Numbered from the whole stretch's first letter, positions 1-11,850 are shown. The stretch is DNA of 53,602 nucleotides, filler included, from Squatina squatina (GCA_031763465.1; 3 parts of 3 records of this genome joined end to end with filler, not necessarily neighbours in it); one strand, 5' to 3'. Made by a program: numbers and translations. Notes: generated by a model not told the origin, from the sequence alone.

Positions 1-747
1 CAAACCTTGCAATTCAAACTCATTGGCTGCCAGCATAAAACTTGTACCATTGACAACTTCTGACAATCTGGGTGGATCACCTAAAAAATTCGGTAAACAA
101 CTATCTATCACTTTGCTGCTTCTAGAATCGACGGTTGAATTAATGAGGGAGTGCTGCGATTCAGGAGAAGTTGCAACAACTCTTTCAACACTATTGCTGA
201 AATTATTCGAGAGGTGGCTCAAACTGTCACCATTCTCACTCTCCTGAATATCACTCGTCAGAGATTCCACTTTAACAATACGAATGTTGCTGTCCTCGGA
301 GTCGGTGTCACATTCAGAGACATCCCTAGTTTGTGCAAGGTCATCCATTTTGCTCTTTCCACAATCAGGTAGCGGACTTTCTGAATTTTCAGGAAATGCA
401 GTTGAAGTGCTGCTTTCACCTACGTTGTGCATTTGGTCTTCAGACAACAACTTTGGCTCAATGTATTTAGAAAGGGCCTGTGTGCACCTTTCCACAATGT
501 GGCCCATTTGAAGGTAGCTTGCAGCAGTTAAGTAGTTTACCAATTCCTTCACAGGGAACTCCAGGATACCAGTGTAGCAGGACAAAAGTATCTGTTCTCC
601 AACCTCAGAACTCTGGAGAAGTGAAATCCTGACGTCCTTTGAATCATTTAACAAAAACTGGTCCCTCAAAAAGGGAGAGCATGCTGCAAAAATTATTTTA
701 TGCCCTAGAAAGGCCACGTTGTTGATTCGGATTGTGACATCACAGAA
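1..747 (-). CDS. ZBTB26: Partial coding exon of a BTB/POZ zinc-finger protein, ZBTB26/ZBTB6 family (BTB domain plus linker; truncated by a gap and the window edge)
   Basis: The minus-strand frame is open for 249 codons: [96 protein letters not shown]...[12 protein letters not shown]...[12 protein letters not shown]. It matches the ZBTB26 motifs as I recall them ([32 protein letters not shown]). ZBTB6 is the alternative paralogue. It is absent from the ORF track because it runs off the window. Confidence 0.85.
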
Positions 748-847
748 NNNNNNNNNNNNNNNNNNNNNNNNNNNNNNNNNNNNNNNNNNNNNNNNNNNNN
801 NNNNNNNNNNNNNNNNNNNNNNNNNNNNNNNNNNNNNNNNNNNNNNN

Positions 848-960
848 ACACCTATCCCTCTCCATTACCAAAGTGAAGGCCACAGAATTGTGGTCACTAT
901 CTCCAAAGTGCTCCCCCACCAACACATCTATCACTTGTCCTGGTTCATTACCAAGAACTT
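848..960 (-). mobile_element. CR1-like LINE ORF2 endonuclease fragment
   Basis: Translation DVLVGEHFGDSDHNSVAF contains the APE-endonuclease SDH motif typical of CR1 ORF2. Confidence 0.75.
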
Positions 961-1267
961 TATTTTATGTTCCGTGACACAGGAGGGGGAATATGGTCAG
1001 GAAACAAAGTTAAGATCTATGAAAATAAGTTATTGTGCTTTTCAATGTGTTCTGCCAGTTTCTGGATGGCCACATTTTTGTAAGTCACATCAAGAAATAG
1101 GAAGCTGTGTGTGATGTTTAAAAAAGTCAGATGACATTCAGATGGCCTTGTAGCATAGCACAGGAGATGATATTATTTGCATATAGATTTCCCTTTTCAA
1201 CTGAAAACTTTCAAGTCATATTTGGGAATTGTAAAAATTAGGAAGGTAAGAATCACATGAATCCAAT

Positions 1268-1463
1268 TAATTACACTAAATCTGCATATATAATTATGTT
1301 AATTAAAATGAGGCTCAAAATTGTGAATTGCATCTTTATGAAAGTTGGCTATTTATTTTTGTTCTGTAACTGGGGAACTCATATTAATTATTCTACTTAG
1401 CTCTACTTTATACATGCTAATTAGATTAATTACATCACCCAGCCAAAGTAATTAGGTTAATTA
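1268..1463. promoter_or_regulatory. Homeodomain (TAATTA) site cluster, candidate enhancer
   Basis: Eight TAATTA hexamers in 196 bp (1268, 1291, 1300, 1385, 1418, 1427, 1449, 1458), with an octamer ATTTGCAT at 1175-1182. Function is inferred only. Confidence 0.45.
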
Positions 1464-2458
1464 TATTATACAAGCAAAGCACCATGGTATCACTGTTATC
1501 TGATGAGTGCCAACAAATTACTGCATATTCATGCTTACTGCAAAATGCAAACACTGCAAAACACTCCATACATCTCCTGCCTGCATTAGGTACTAAAAGC
1601 AAATGCTGTCAAGTCAGATGGTTGAAGTTCTTACTGGCACTGCTACTTAAAACATAACTAACTTTATACTCTCTGTCAGTGTATTGCTCCCACTTTTCTT
1701 GTATGAGAGTCACATCTTACTCTCTGTAGCATCTTCGGAATTCCAGTATTACTGCTTTCAACATCATAAAAGATTTTGACATTCCCAGTTTCTAAATATG
1801 CTCAATATATCTACTGTAATATGCAACTCAGGGTCATATGACTCGCATAGGATCTCAATGCCATCTTAATAGTATACTCTGCAGAGCAGCACTGTGAACG
1901 CTCTTCTCAGTAAACCCTGGTGCTGCAGCAGAAGAGGATTAAAAAGGAAAAGTTTTAACATTTCTTTTACTGAAACTTTTAAAATTGCTAATGTTGATTT
2001 GTTGTCTGGGCAAAGCCATGAAGCAAGTTCAACAAAGCAGAAAAAAATGGCAATCCAAGTATCATAAAATGTGTTGTGGATGCATCCAATTTGTATCAGT
2101 TGCTGAGCAATTGAAACTGGATCGTGGCTGTTTTAACCAGCGTGAAACCTTGTGTACTTTTAATGTACAGGAGTTTTCTAAAAACGGAATGCCTATTCCC
2201 TCTGGCAACTGTATTAAACTTTCATACCAGGTTGGCATAGATTTTTCGATTTAACATCTCCATATATTAAAAGGCAACAGTTTTTTTTAATGCTTTTTAT
2301 ATGGAGCAGTTGCTTATTCTAGCAAAAGGGTGGAGGGGGATTTATTTGTAAAATCAATAAAAAGTAAACTGGCCCTAAGAGGACCTAATTTGCATCGATC
2401 TTGGTGGCTGTCCCAGAGGGTTGTGAATTGGATTTAAATGTCTCATTGGTTTGTCGTT

Positions 2459-2702
2459 GTCTGAAGTGGCAGATTGGGATGGCCTGAAATCCCGTTTAGT
2501 TCTTCAAGACCTGCTGCAGTAGGTTAACTGCAGGAGTAACCCATTCTATTGGGGGTTGCACTGTGTGGATCAAAAGATTCAGCAACGGTGCACCTTTCAG
2601 ATTGCTTTGCAATCTGTGGGATCCTGTTAATTGGTTTTAAAATCTCCTACGTGGGGAACTTCCCATATGGATTAGTTGCTGTCCAAAAATAACCATCAGC
2701 GG
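2459..2702 (+). ncRNA. Candidate structured RNA or ancient hairpin-rich repeat (unassigned)
   Basis: At least six adjacent stem-loops found by eye, several with G-U pairs on the + strand. No family recognised. Confidence 0.25.
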
Positions 2703-3020
2703 AGCTGCATGTCACTCCCAATACCAAGTCTAGAAGTTTTACAGTATCACTATATCTAATGAAACTGGTCTTTTAAAGAATAAGTCTTAATTTCAGTCCC
2801 TCCTTTCTTTTTTAAAAAAAGCTATTAAGTGTGGCAAACGTTTCTTTCTGTTGATGGAATATTTCTGAAGCGTTGAGTGTTGATCATAGGGGAGCTAATG
2901 TAAAAGGTTGCTGTGTCTATAATGTGAAGGAGTAGAATTGACCTCAAATACAAGGCACTTTAAAGATTTCATAACTATAGTTGTGTGTTAATTCACATTC
3001 CTTGTTATACAACTCCTCTG

Positions 3021-3288
3021 TGTCAGCTGTGGTTCAGTGGTCGCGCACTCACCTGTGAGTCAGATTTTGGGTTCAAGTCCCACTCCGGAGACTTAGGCAC
3101 AAAAAAAATAGTCTGACACTCTAGTGCAGGACTGAGGGAGTGCTGCACTGTCAGAGGTGCCGTCTTTCAGATGAATCAATAAACCGAGGCCCTATCTGTG
3201 CTCAGGCGGATGTAAGAGATCCCATAATGCTATTTCAAAGAGGAGCACGGGAGTTATCCCTGGTGTCCTGGGGGCAATATTTATCCCT
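3021..3288 (+). mobile_element. tRNA-headed Deu-domain SINE (SacSINE1/AmnSINE1-related), 5' part
   Basis: A-box (tggttcagtgg) and B-box (ggttcaagtcc), followed by the Deu core gaggtgccgtctttcagatga...aaaccgaggcc...agatccca...ggtgtcctgg. Confidence 0.8.
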
Positions 3289-3589
3289 NNNNNNNNNNNN
3301 NNNNNNNNNNNNNNNNNNNNNNNNNNNNNNNNNNNNNNNNNNNNNNNNNNNNNNNNNNNNNNNNNNNNNNNNNNNNNNNNNNNNNNNNTGGGACATTGGC
3401 TGAAATGTATGATTCTGTGATTATTGAACTGTTTTGGCCATATGGTTCAGCATTCTAGTGACTTTGTCGATTCCTGCTCTGCATAGGTTGAACATGTTGA
3501 ACATTGAGTCTACAAAGGCTCCAGGGTCTCATCTTCATTCTTGCCTATTTCAAACCACTTATGGAGTATGTCTGTCATCCATTTTTAAT

Positions 3590-3860
3590 TCCTACATGTT
3601 TACATTGTCCACATTAAATTGCATCTGTCCTTGTCCTGCTCACTTGAATGTTTTGCCCAACTCATTTTGTAATTTCTGAGCTAACTCTTCTAATTTCACT
3701 GCCCCTCCTAGTTTATTATTTGCAAATTTGACCAATTTATGTTTGAGTTTCTGAGTCCAAGTCATGTAAGCTAGAACGAGTAGTGGTCTCAACACCAACC
3801 CCAACATTAGTACTTTCATCAGACATATCTCCTCTAACAAGCATCAATTATTTTCTATCC
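3590..3860 (-). mobile_element. Old degenerate CR1-like reverse transcriptase fragment
   Basis: LVLRPLLVLAY...KLVKFANNKLGGAV...QKLQNEL resembles the CR1 RT consensus SVLGPLLFLIYIND...SKFADDTKLGG...LQxDL, with decay. Confidence 0.65.
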
Positions 3861-6246
3861 GTCAGCCAATTTCTTATGCATACCAAAGATTTACTTTCAT
3901 GCCTTTTGGAAGGAACAACAAATCATTAAAGCTTAGCATAGCCCATTTAGGATGTCACTTCCTCAAATAAATCAGGGAGGCAACATAAGAACTAGATGTG
4001 CTCACCAAATAAAAAAAAATGTTTTATCATCTTTCACCATATATGTTACTTTCTTATTTTAAATGCGTTAAAAGCAAACTCATATCAGGCATTTCCCATT
4101 AAAATGTTACTTTGGGAGGAATTACCTTGTTATAAAAGGCTATTAGGTTTTCTTTTACAAAATGAAATATATGAATTATAGAATAGAACTATAGCTACCC
4201 TTTCTGAAAAGAAAAGAGAATCCAGGTAAAAATGAGATCATTGCATTGATATTGCATCTGTATTCCACATCACATTGCCACGCATACAGACAGAAAGCAA
4301 CTCCCTGTTGCGTCCTTGCTGTGTGAAGGTATTATATATAACCTGATTTGCACATCAGTACTGGAGTACCAGTTTGTACTGAACTTTTAAGTTATATTTG
4401 TATCTCAGGGGTGAACTTCTGGAAATAGGAAGGACTCAGATCCCAACTCAGCATAAAACGCGCTGTTGCATATATCAGCAAGGGAGGGTCTTTTTGGTCA
4501 AGATACTAAAAATGGCAATTCTCCAATTCTTCATNNNNNNNNNNNNNNNNNNNNNNNNNNNNNNNNNNNNNNNNNNNNNNNNNNNNNNNNNNNNNNNNNN
4601 NNNNNNNNNNNNNNNNNNNNNNNNNNNNNNNNNNTTTACAGCCTGTAATATATCAGGGCTTCCATGAAATACTAATAAGTATCAGAAAGGACAGAAGGAA
4701 ACCGAGATAATGTTTGATAAATAAACTTCCACACTTAAAATGAAATACACCTTACAAAAGAGTAGCATAAGCTTCAAATGGTTTTGAATACATTTAAACA
4801 GAAAGCAAATCTCTTTAAAGTTGACTACACATAATATATCAAACATGATTACTTTCTGAGCATTAATTTGAGAATAAAATTGCACTGTTGCAAAAAAAAA
4901 TCCTTGAATAGTGAAATTGTAGAATAATCTTGATAAGCCTATATTTCAGATGGGAAGATTGTGAGCTGTTGTACATTTTGAGTCAAATATGTATGATTGG
5001 AACCTTATTAACTATTAACACATGCAGTATTACCTCAGCCAAGAAATAGCTCTACTTACATTCTAAGTTATAACCCAAAGATTCCAATATTTGCACCAAA
5101 TAAAAATAACAAGGCTGATAAAGGCATATGCCTGAAATATTAATCTGCCTTTTCTCTTTCAGATGCTGACTGACTGGCATTTTGAATTTTTACTTGAAGA
5201 TTACAATNNNNNNNNNNNNNNNNNNNNNNNNNNNNNNNNNNNNNNNNNNNNNNNNNNNNNNNNNNNNNNNNNNNNNNNNNNNNNNNNNNNNNNNNNNNNN
5301 NNNNNNNAAACATTCCAAGTTGGACAGGTTCATGCAGAATAAGCTAGTGCAGAATAAAAGTGCGATGGGAGCTAAGCCCCGTCCAGCTGCAAATTCTAAC
5401 ATTATAACCTTTCTAACCGGGCCAGGGCTCCGGGACTTTTTTTTTATTCGTTCATGGGACGTGGCAGGGGAAGGCGAGAACTAGACAAGAAGCGTGAGGC
5501 CCGGGAGATTTGAACTCCAGTATAAATTTACATCTCACGATGAATGAAAATGTACGATTTCGCCCTAGCATATGAGGGCTGATTCTCCTCGCATGCTTTC
5601 AGTAACTTTAAGTGCAAGTTTAATTTGCGGTTCATAGGAGATGCAGGAGTGTGCACGGAGTGGCTCACAGCAGACTTGTCTGAATTTGCTTGATTTGTTT
5701 CCAAATTGCGTTTCAAGAGAATTTCTCAATATTTGTTACAAATTGCTACAACCTAATGATGCAATCAGTAATAAATTGCAAACAGATACACTGGTAAACC
5801 AACAATGTATGGGCCTAACACCTGTACTCTGAAACCCAGGCCTTTAATCAAGATCGCTGGGATTTCTTTTGCATTCACAATAGATAATCGTGTAGGGCTG
5901 AAGACTCAGTGGGGAGGTGCACTGTACAGTGTGGCAGTGAAGGCCAGGCGTGTTTGTGGCACGAACATCTTGCAACCAGTCCTGCCAATTTCGCCCAACA
6001 GCGCAACTTTTCCTGCCGATTTCACCCTTGCCAGCATTTGAAGTTTGATCAGCAGAATAGTTTAAAGTGCTGGTGTTCTGCCTCCCTCACCCTGCCAGAG
6101 AGTTACGATAGCAGCTGCTCATAAAGTTGGCGCGTTCTCTGCTTGCTGGCACTTGGATTCAAACTTCAATCTTAAACAGTTCCAGCGAGATGCTGGCTGT
6201 ATTAGCAGAGGTTACAGGAACCAGCAGGAAACTCCCTTCACTCTTC

Positions 6247-6345
6247 ACTGTTTCTCTCTCCACAGACGCTGCCTGACCTGCTGAGTATTTCCCACATTTT
6301 CTGTTTTTATTTCAGATTTCCAGCATCTGCAGTATTTTGTTTTTG
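6247..6345 (+). mobile_element. Penelope-like element terminal-repeat fragment
   Basis: ctgtttctctctccacagacgctgcctgacctgctgagtattt...tcagatttccagcatctgcagt recurs at 17721-17801 and 31103-31161. Assignment to Penelope is from recall. Confidence 0.6.
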
Positions 6346-6367
6346 TACATGGAATTGAGGTGCAGTC

Positions 6368-6415
6368 CGGCGGAGCAGGCTCAAGGAGCTGGATGGCCTA
6401 CTCCTGTTACTATGA
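6368..6415 (+). mobile_element. CR1/HER1-type LINE 3' tail remnant
   Basis: ggcggagcaggctc...atggcctactcctg matches the tail at 21231-21275. Confidence 0.7.
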
Positions 6416-6864
6416 ACCNNNNNNNNNNNNNNNNNNNNNNNNNNNNNNNNNNNNNNNNNNNNNNNNNNNNNNNNNNNNNNNNNNNNNNNNNNNNNNNNNN
6501 NNNNNNNNNNNNNNNNNNCCATTTGAAGACAGGGCACTCAAGCATTCATGAACTCATCTAAATTAACTTCACAAATGAGCTTTACAACGTCACAATAATA
6601 TGTTTCAGTTCCTTTTGAGGATGTATCCTAAAAATGGATTAGCCTTCTTGGCAACATCGTCACATTTGCATTATCTTCAATTTATCAACTTTAACCCGTC
6701 TATCATTCCCTAAATAGCTGATGAGTTTTTTCATATTTACTGAATAAAATATTGCCATAGAAAAGGTAATGTGCTGCAAAAAAGACTACTTAATGTCTGT
6801 TTTCTTTTCACATACTTTCTCAACTTCTGGGTATGCATGTGTGTGGCAGATAGAAAGAGACAAA

Positions 6865-7043
6865 GGGGATAGTTTAGACTTTGGGTGATATCGAGCGGTA
6901 TCGATTCAGCCGTCCGTTATACATTTGTCCCAATTTTTGTTTCTATTGGCTTCAATGGAAATAAAAATCCGGAGTGATGTATAACGGACGGCTGAATTGA
7001 TATCGCCTGTTTCACACTATCACCCAAAGTCATAGCTACCCCC
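6865..7043. mobile_element. Palindromic MITE, about 180 bp
   Basis: Outer arms gactttgggtgata / tatcacccaaagtc and inner arms attcagccgtccgttatacat / atgtataacggacggctgaat. GGGG and CCCC termini; non-coding. Confidence 0.8.
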
Positions 7044-8829
7044 ATTCTTTCCATGTATAGAAACAGAATCAATCAATTGGAGTTGTGTTCATCACATCAT
7101 GGGTACAGCACGCACTGAGGTGTCTATCGGATCCACTTGGATTCCCAGTAAACTATTGCAGAGATTGTATCAATATTTTCCTTTTTTGGCTGTATGAATG
7201 GAACACAGTGTTCAATGTATTTTTACGTTCTACAGATATGACTGAATAGAACAGTTCAGGCAATTTGTAATCATATTTGTTGCTAACACTTCTTTGTTTC
7301 ACATTAATTTAATAAATCTGTTTTGAAAATGCAATATTGCTCTTTTATCCTAATTTTTCCTAGGTTGAAACTCTTTAGTTATCTCCAATTTACCTGAATT
7401 CAACAAGCAAAACACATTTCAATATTTTCGCACCCAGCGTTTGTGTCAATACCATTACAAAGACCATAATAAATTAGACTCTGATTACATTATCATATTT
7501 ATAGAACATTAACTAACCCTCCTGATTACATTAATTAAATCCATAAACAGATTTATCTGGGTCATTGGCCTTGGAGGACTCAATTTACCCTGACCTTTTC
7601 ATATAATTCTTTTACTACGCATCCTATATTTTGTAAGGTCTCATTTTACTTGTTCTGATATGACTGTCTTAATCCATTCTAACGTGGCATCCTAATAATT
7701 TAGATATTTTACTATTCCCCCAACATTTAAATATTTTCCATTTATCCTGGGACCCCCCTGCACTAAATATTGTTTCCCTTTTGAATTGGGCAGGGAACTA
7801 GCATTCAGGCCTCTGTCAAGGCCACTCTGAAATATGTTGGAAGGAGATGTATATTGGAGGATAACGATATTAATAATATTGGAAAGTGGGTGCATACAAT
7901 GCAGCAAATTTTCCTCAGTAGAACAGAATTCATACTCCCATTAGCAACCTGAAGAACATATACCCAAATATAAAGCTGCCTTGCTGTGTCCACATGTGCA
8001 AAGCGGAAAAAGTTGGGGACAGGAGGGAAAAGGAAGGAGAGGCTTGGGAAGGGGGAGAAGAGAATTTTTTTTACAATAAAAGNNNNNNNNNNNNNNNNNN
8101 NNNNNNNNNNNNNNNNNNNNNNNNNNNNNNNNNNNNNNNNNNNNNNNNNNNNNNNNNNNNNNNNNNNNNNNNNNNNNNNNNNCTACTTTTATCTTAGGGA
8201 CATTCTCACTCCCTCCTGTTTCCCGGTCTCCCTGGTCCACACACCAACTGTGCCAAAGACATCGACATAGTCGCGGCCCAATGGCAGTAAGCAACTAAAA
8301 AGTGCCTGAGAGCAGGCCAGTGACAATTCTCCCCTGATTTCTTCTCCTTTCCCTTTAACTGGGTGATAACAAACTTAAGTGGATCCAAACAAACTTCGAC
8401 CAAGTTATTTTTAGTGAAACAATGCTGTTTCTTTTTACTGTCTGTCTTTTATTGGCAAGACCATTTAGATTATTTCTTTTATGAATTAACTGATTTCCAT
8501 GGTTACATGACAGCAGTGATATAATCCCTGTCCACTTTTTCCATTAATGCATAAAATCACTTGGTTACTCCACACAAAACATCTTTTCCCCATCTCTGCT
8601 GTTTTGGAGTCTGTAAGGATAAAGGATGAACTTTGTTACCACAGTCAGTTGGCTGCCTTTATCAATTTTTCACTCCTTGGCAATTTTTCACTCCTTGGCA
8701 AAATCCGAAGGAAAAAGTGACTATTGTACACACAGGAATGTGCATCTCCAACCTCCAAGTTCAAATGATTGTTCTACTATGACACAACAAATGAAATGTT
8801 GTCAACAAAAACAGAATACTTAGCAAGTA

Positions 8830-8973
8830 GGGGACTCTGTAGCCTAGTGGTTAAGTTACAGGATTAGTAATCCAGAGTTTTGGACTAGTGATTCAGAGAG
8901 GTGAGTTCAAATTCCACCATAGCAGCTGTGGAATTTAAATTCTGTTAATTAAAAATAATCTGGAATTTTTTAA
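8830..8973 (+). mobile_element. tRNA-derived SINE head
   Basis: A-box tagcctagtgg and B-box gagttcaaattc with an internal duplication. It cannot fold as a true tRNA and is cut by a gap. Confidence 0.65.
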
Positions 8974-9073
8974 NNNNNNNNNNNNNNNNNNNNNNNNNNN
9001 NNNNNNNNNNNNNNNNNNNNNNNNNNNNNNNNNNNNNNNNNNNNNNNNNNNNNNNNNNNNNNNNNNNNNNNNN

Positions 9074-9523
9074 TGGCGGTCAATGTCACCAGGCCTTTGC
9101 GCTGCCATCTTTTTCTGTCGGCCGACTCTTGGGTTGGCCGACGATGGCGGCCCTCGCCTCAACCGGGCTGTCATCCGCTGGCCCGGCACACTGACTAACA
9201 TGCCGAGCTGGTGGCCCAGTCAGAAGCGTCCATGTTGGCCCAGTGGTGGTCATTGGGGTGCTGTTTGCTTAGCACGGCGGACCTCCCCTTTAACTAAAGG
9301 GGTGGGGGTTTGTCACACGTCAGGGTTCCACGGATGGCCGGAGCGCGCACTGACATCATCAGTGCTGTGCTTCACACAGCACCCTGTCAGCGCCCTGATA
9401 ACGCCTGGACTGTGAGGCGGGCAGTGCACCACCTCATTTCTGGGGCAGTAAGCCCAAATCCACACCGGGGGCGGTACTTCGGGGCCAGGNNNNNNNNNNG
9501 GGTGCTGGGGAATTTCAAGCCCC
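9074..9523 (+). repeat. GC-rich interspersed repeat family (probable non-autonomous DNA element), copy 1
   Basis: Shares gccatctttt...gccgactct..ggt...gatggcggccc and the end motif aattt..ccc with 18575-19041 and 22216-22670. Confidence 0.65.
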
Positions 9524-9849
9524 AAGTCTCTTCACCTTTTTTCCACTCCACTAGCATTGTCCTATTTTATTACTTCAGATTTTTAAAAATTAACAGTTAT
9601 TATTTCACAGTTTGTTCTGTTCTGATGCAGTTTTCTGTTTCTGTTAACTGTTATTTTTCATTGATTTTGTTTTATCTTTTCTTAGTAGGTCTATTGTATA
9701 CTTTTCTTCAGTTAGATGTCCTTACCGAGTTCAGAATCCATTATAGATAGTCTAACATTTGCGGGCTGTTTACTAACACTGTGTTTGTCCCCCTTCACTG
9801 ATGAGCATCATGCGCGACGCTGATCTTGATGTCCTCACTTGGTGTCATG

Positions 9850-10100
9850 GTTTTTATTATTTGTTCTAGGGACGTAGGTGACACTGGAAAAGCCACTTTG
9901 ATATGCTGTGTGGTGGGATCCTTCTAGCTATTGTTCCTACAGCAGAGGGCATTAAGAGTCAACCACTTAGGATGGGACTGGAGAGAAGCGTAGGCCAGAC
10001 TTGTTTCCCTCATGGACATTAGTGAAGTGGTTTTTGCGACAATCTGGCAGCATTCATGGTCATTTTTATTCTGGTGCCAACCCACAAATTACCACATTTA
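9850..10100 (-). mobile_element. Degenerate SINE, reverse orientation
   Basis: The poly-T end followed by gttctagggacgt is shared with 5437-5470. The body resembles a common shark SINE (recall). Confidence 0.5.
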
Positions 10101-11086
10101 TTGGACAGCTAACTCAATACAGACGAGTGGTTTAATCAGGCTTAGGTACCCACTCAAACTTTTCCATATTTAACCTCAATCCACTTCTTGGTGCATTTTA
10201 CTGAGCCGACTGAATGGAATTTATTTACCAGGCCCAGCTTAGGTTTATATAAAAGAACATAGGGTAGATTTCATTACCATTGCAGTGTTGCCACAGTGTT
10301 AGCAGCACAATACATACATTAAAGCTGCTTAATGACATGCACACTGCAAGCTGCCAGACCTGCCAAACCTCACTCAGTTTGAAGTGAGACTCGCATATTT
10401 TGTTTTATAGATGTCACCTACATAGAAACAGAAAATAAAAGCAGGCCCAATATGATCATGGCTGATCATCTAATTCAGTANNNNNNNNNNNNNNNNNNNN
10501 NNNNNNNNNNNNNNNNNNNNNNNNNNNNNNNNNNNNNNNNNNNNNNNNNNNNNNNNNNNNNNNNNNNNNNNNNNNNNNNNNNNNNNNNNNNNNNNNNNNN
10601 NNNNNNNNNNNNNNNNNNNNNNNNNNNNNNNNNNNNNNNNNNNNNNNNNNNNNNNNNNNNNNNNNNNNNNNNNNNNNNNNNNNNNNNNNNNNNNNNNNNN
10701 NNNNNNNNNNNNNNNNNNNNNNNNNNNNNNNNNNNNNNNNNNNNNNNNNNNNNNNNNNNNNNNNNNNNNNNNNNNNNNNNNNNNNNNNNNNNNNNNNNNN
10801 NNNNNNNNNNNNNNNNNNNNNNNNNNNNNNNNNNNNNNNNNNNNNNNNNNNNNNNNNNNNNNNNNNNNNNNNNNNNNNNNNNNNNNNNNNNNNNNNNNNN
10901 NNNNNNNNNNNNNNNNNNNNNNNNNNNNNNNNNNNNNNNNNNNNNNNNNNNNNNNNNNNNNNNNNNNNNNNNNNNNNNNNNNNNNNNNNNNNNNNNNNNN
11001 NNNNNNNNNNNNNNNNNNNNNNNNNNNNNNNNNNNNNNNNNNNNNNNNNNNNNNNNNNNNNNNNNNNNNNNNNNNNNNNNNNNNNN

Positions 11087-11240
11087 TGCTGTATGCAAAT
11101 TGGCAACCGCGTTTCCTACATTACAACAGGGATTACACTCCAAAATTAATTCATTGGCTGTAAAGTCCTTTGGGACATCCTGAGGTCGTGAAAGGCACTA
11201 TAGAAATACTATTTATTTATTTATTTTATTATTTCTTTCC
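11087..11240 (+). mobile_element. Deu-SINE 3' tail
   Basis: tgctgtatgcaaattggc...cattggctgtaaag...gaaaggcactata plus an (attt)n end. Same tail at 17555-17720 and 26312-26558. Confidence 0.8.
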
Positions 11241-11850
11241 TGTTCCATGTTATTTTCTGTAATTAATTAAAGTGGTATTTATTGAAAATGCATTGTACCA
11301 AATGATCTATCCTCAGATTTTTAATGATCTATTTTCAGATTTTTAAATGCTCTATGTCAGGGGTAGAGTGAGCAAGAGACCTAATCAGCTGTTCCTGACA
11401 TGCATCACTGCAGCCTGGCTTCTGCAAGGGCATGCCTGGGTGTTACATGCTTATTTTGAGATCTAATAATGAAGCACTGAGTGCCTTTCTACACTACTTT
11501 CTAAAACATCAGGGAGCGAGTTACAGCAAAGCCTACGAGCTAGTCTCATGGTTCAGATGACGCAGTTTATGGCACAAGTTTGAGCCCCTCGGTCAGGTTA
11601 CCTCCTTGTTACCCACTGTCAGGCATCGGTGTCACACATGAACTGCTAGAGACTGGTTCAGTCTGTTACGTGTTTCTTTAAAGTCTAACTGAAGGAACCC
11701 ACAAGTTAATACGATATAAAGAAATGCTCTTAGCCTTAGTCTGTCTCTTTTTAAATCAGAAACCATGTGCGAGGTACTGCAAGCGATGAGAATCAGATTT
11801 CTGAATATAACGAGAATGGTAAAATTATCCAGGTTTTGTCCTAATACATT

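Noticed and set aside
23-511. Plus-strand ORFs at the window start
   Set aside because: They are antisense shadows of the ZBTB coding exon.
1720-2230. Short exon-like stretches (minus TGNVKIFYDVESS..., plus 2171-2230)
   Set aside because: Weak splice context and no recognisable homology.
3021-3090. tRNA gene (also 8830-8920)
   Set aside because: The A/B boxes belong to SINE heads; there is no cloverleaf and they are followed by SINE body.
7511-7521. Telomerase-template-like CTAACCCT
   Set aside because: An isolated 8-mer in AT-rich DNA with no pseudoknot or H/ACA context visible.
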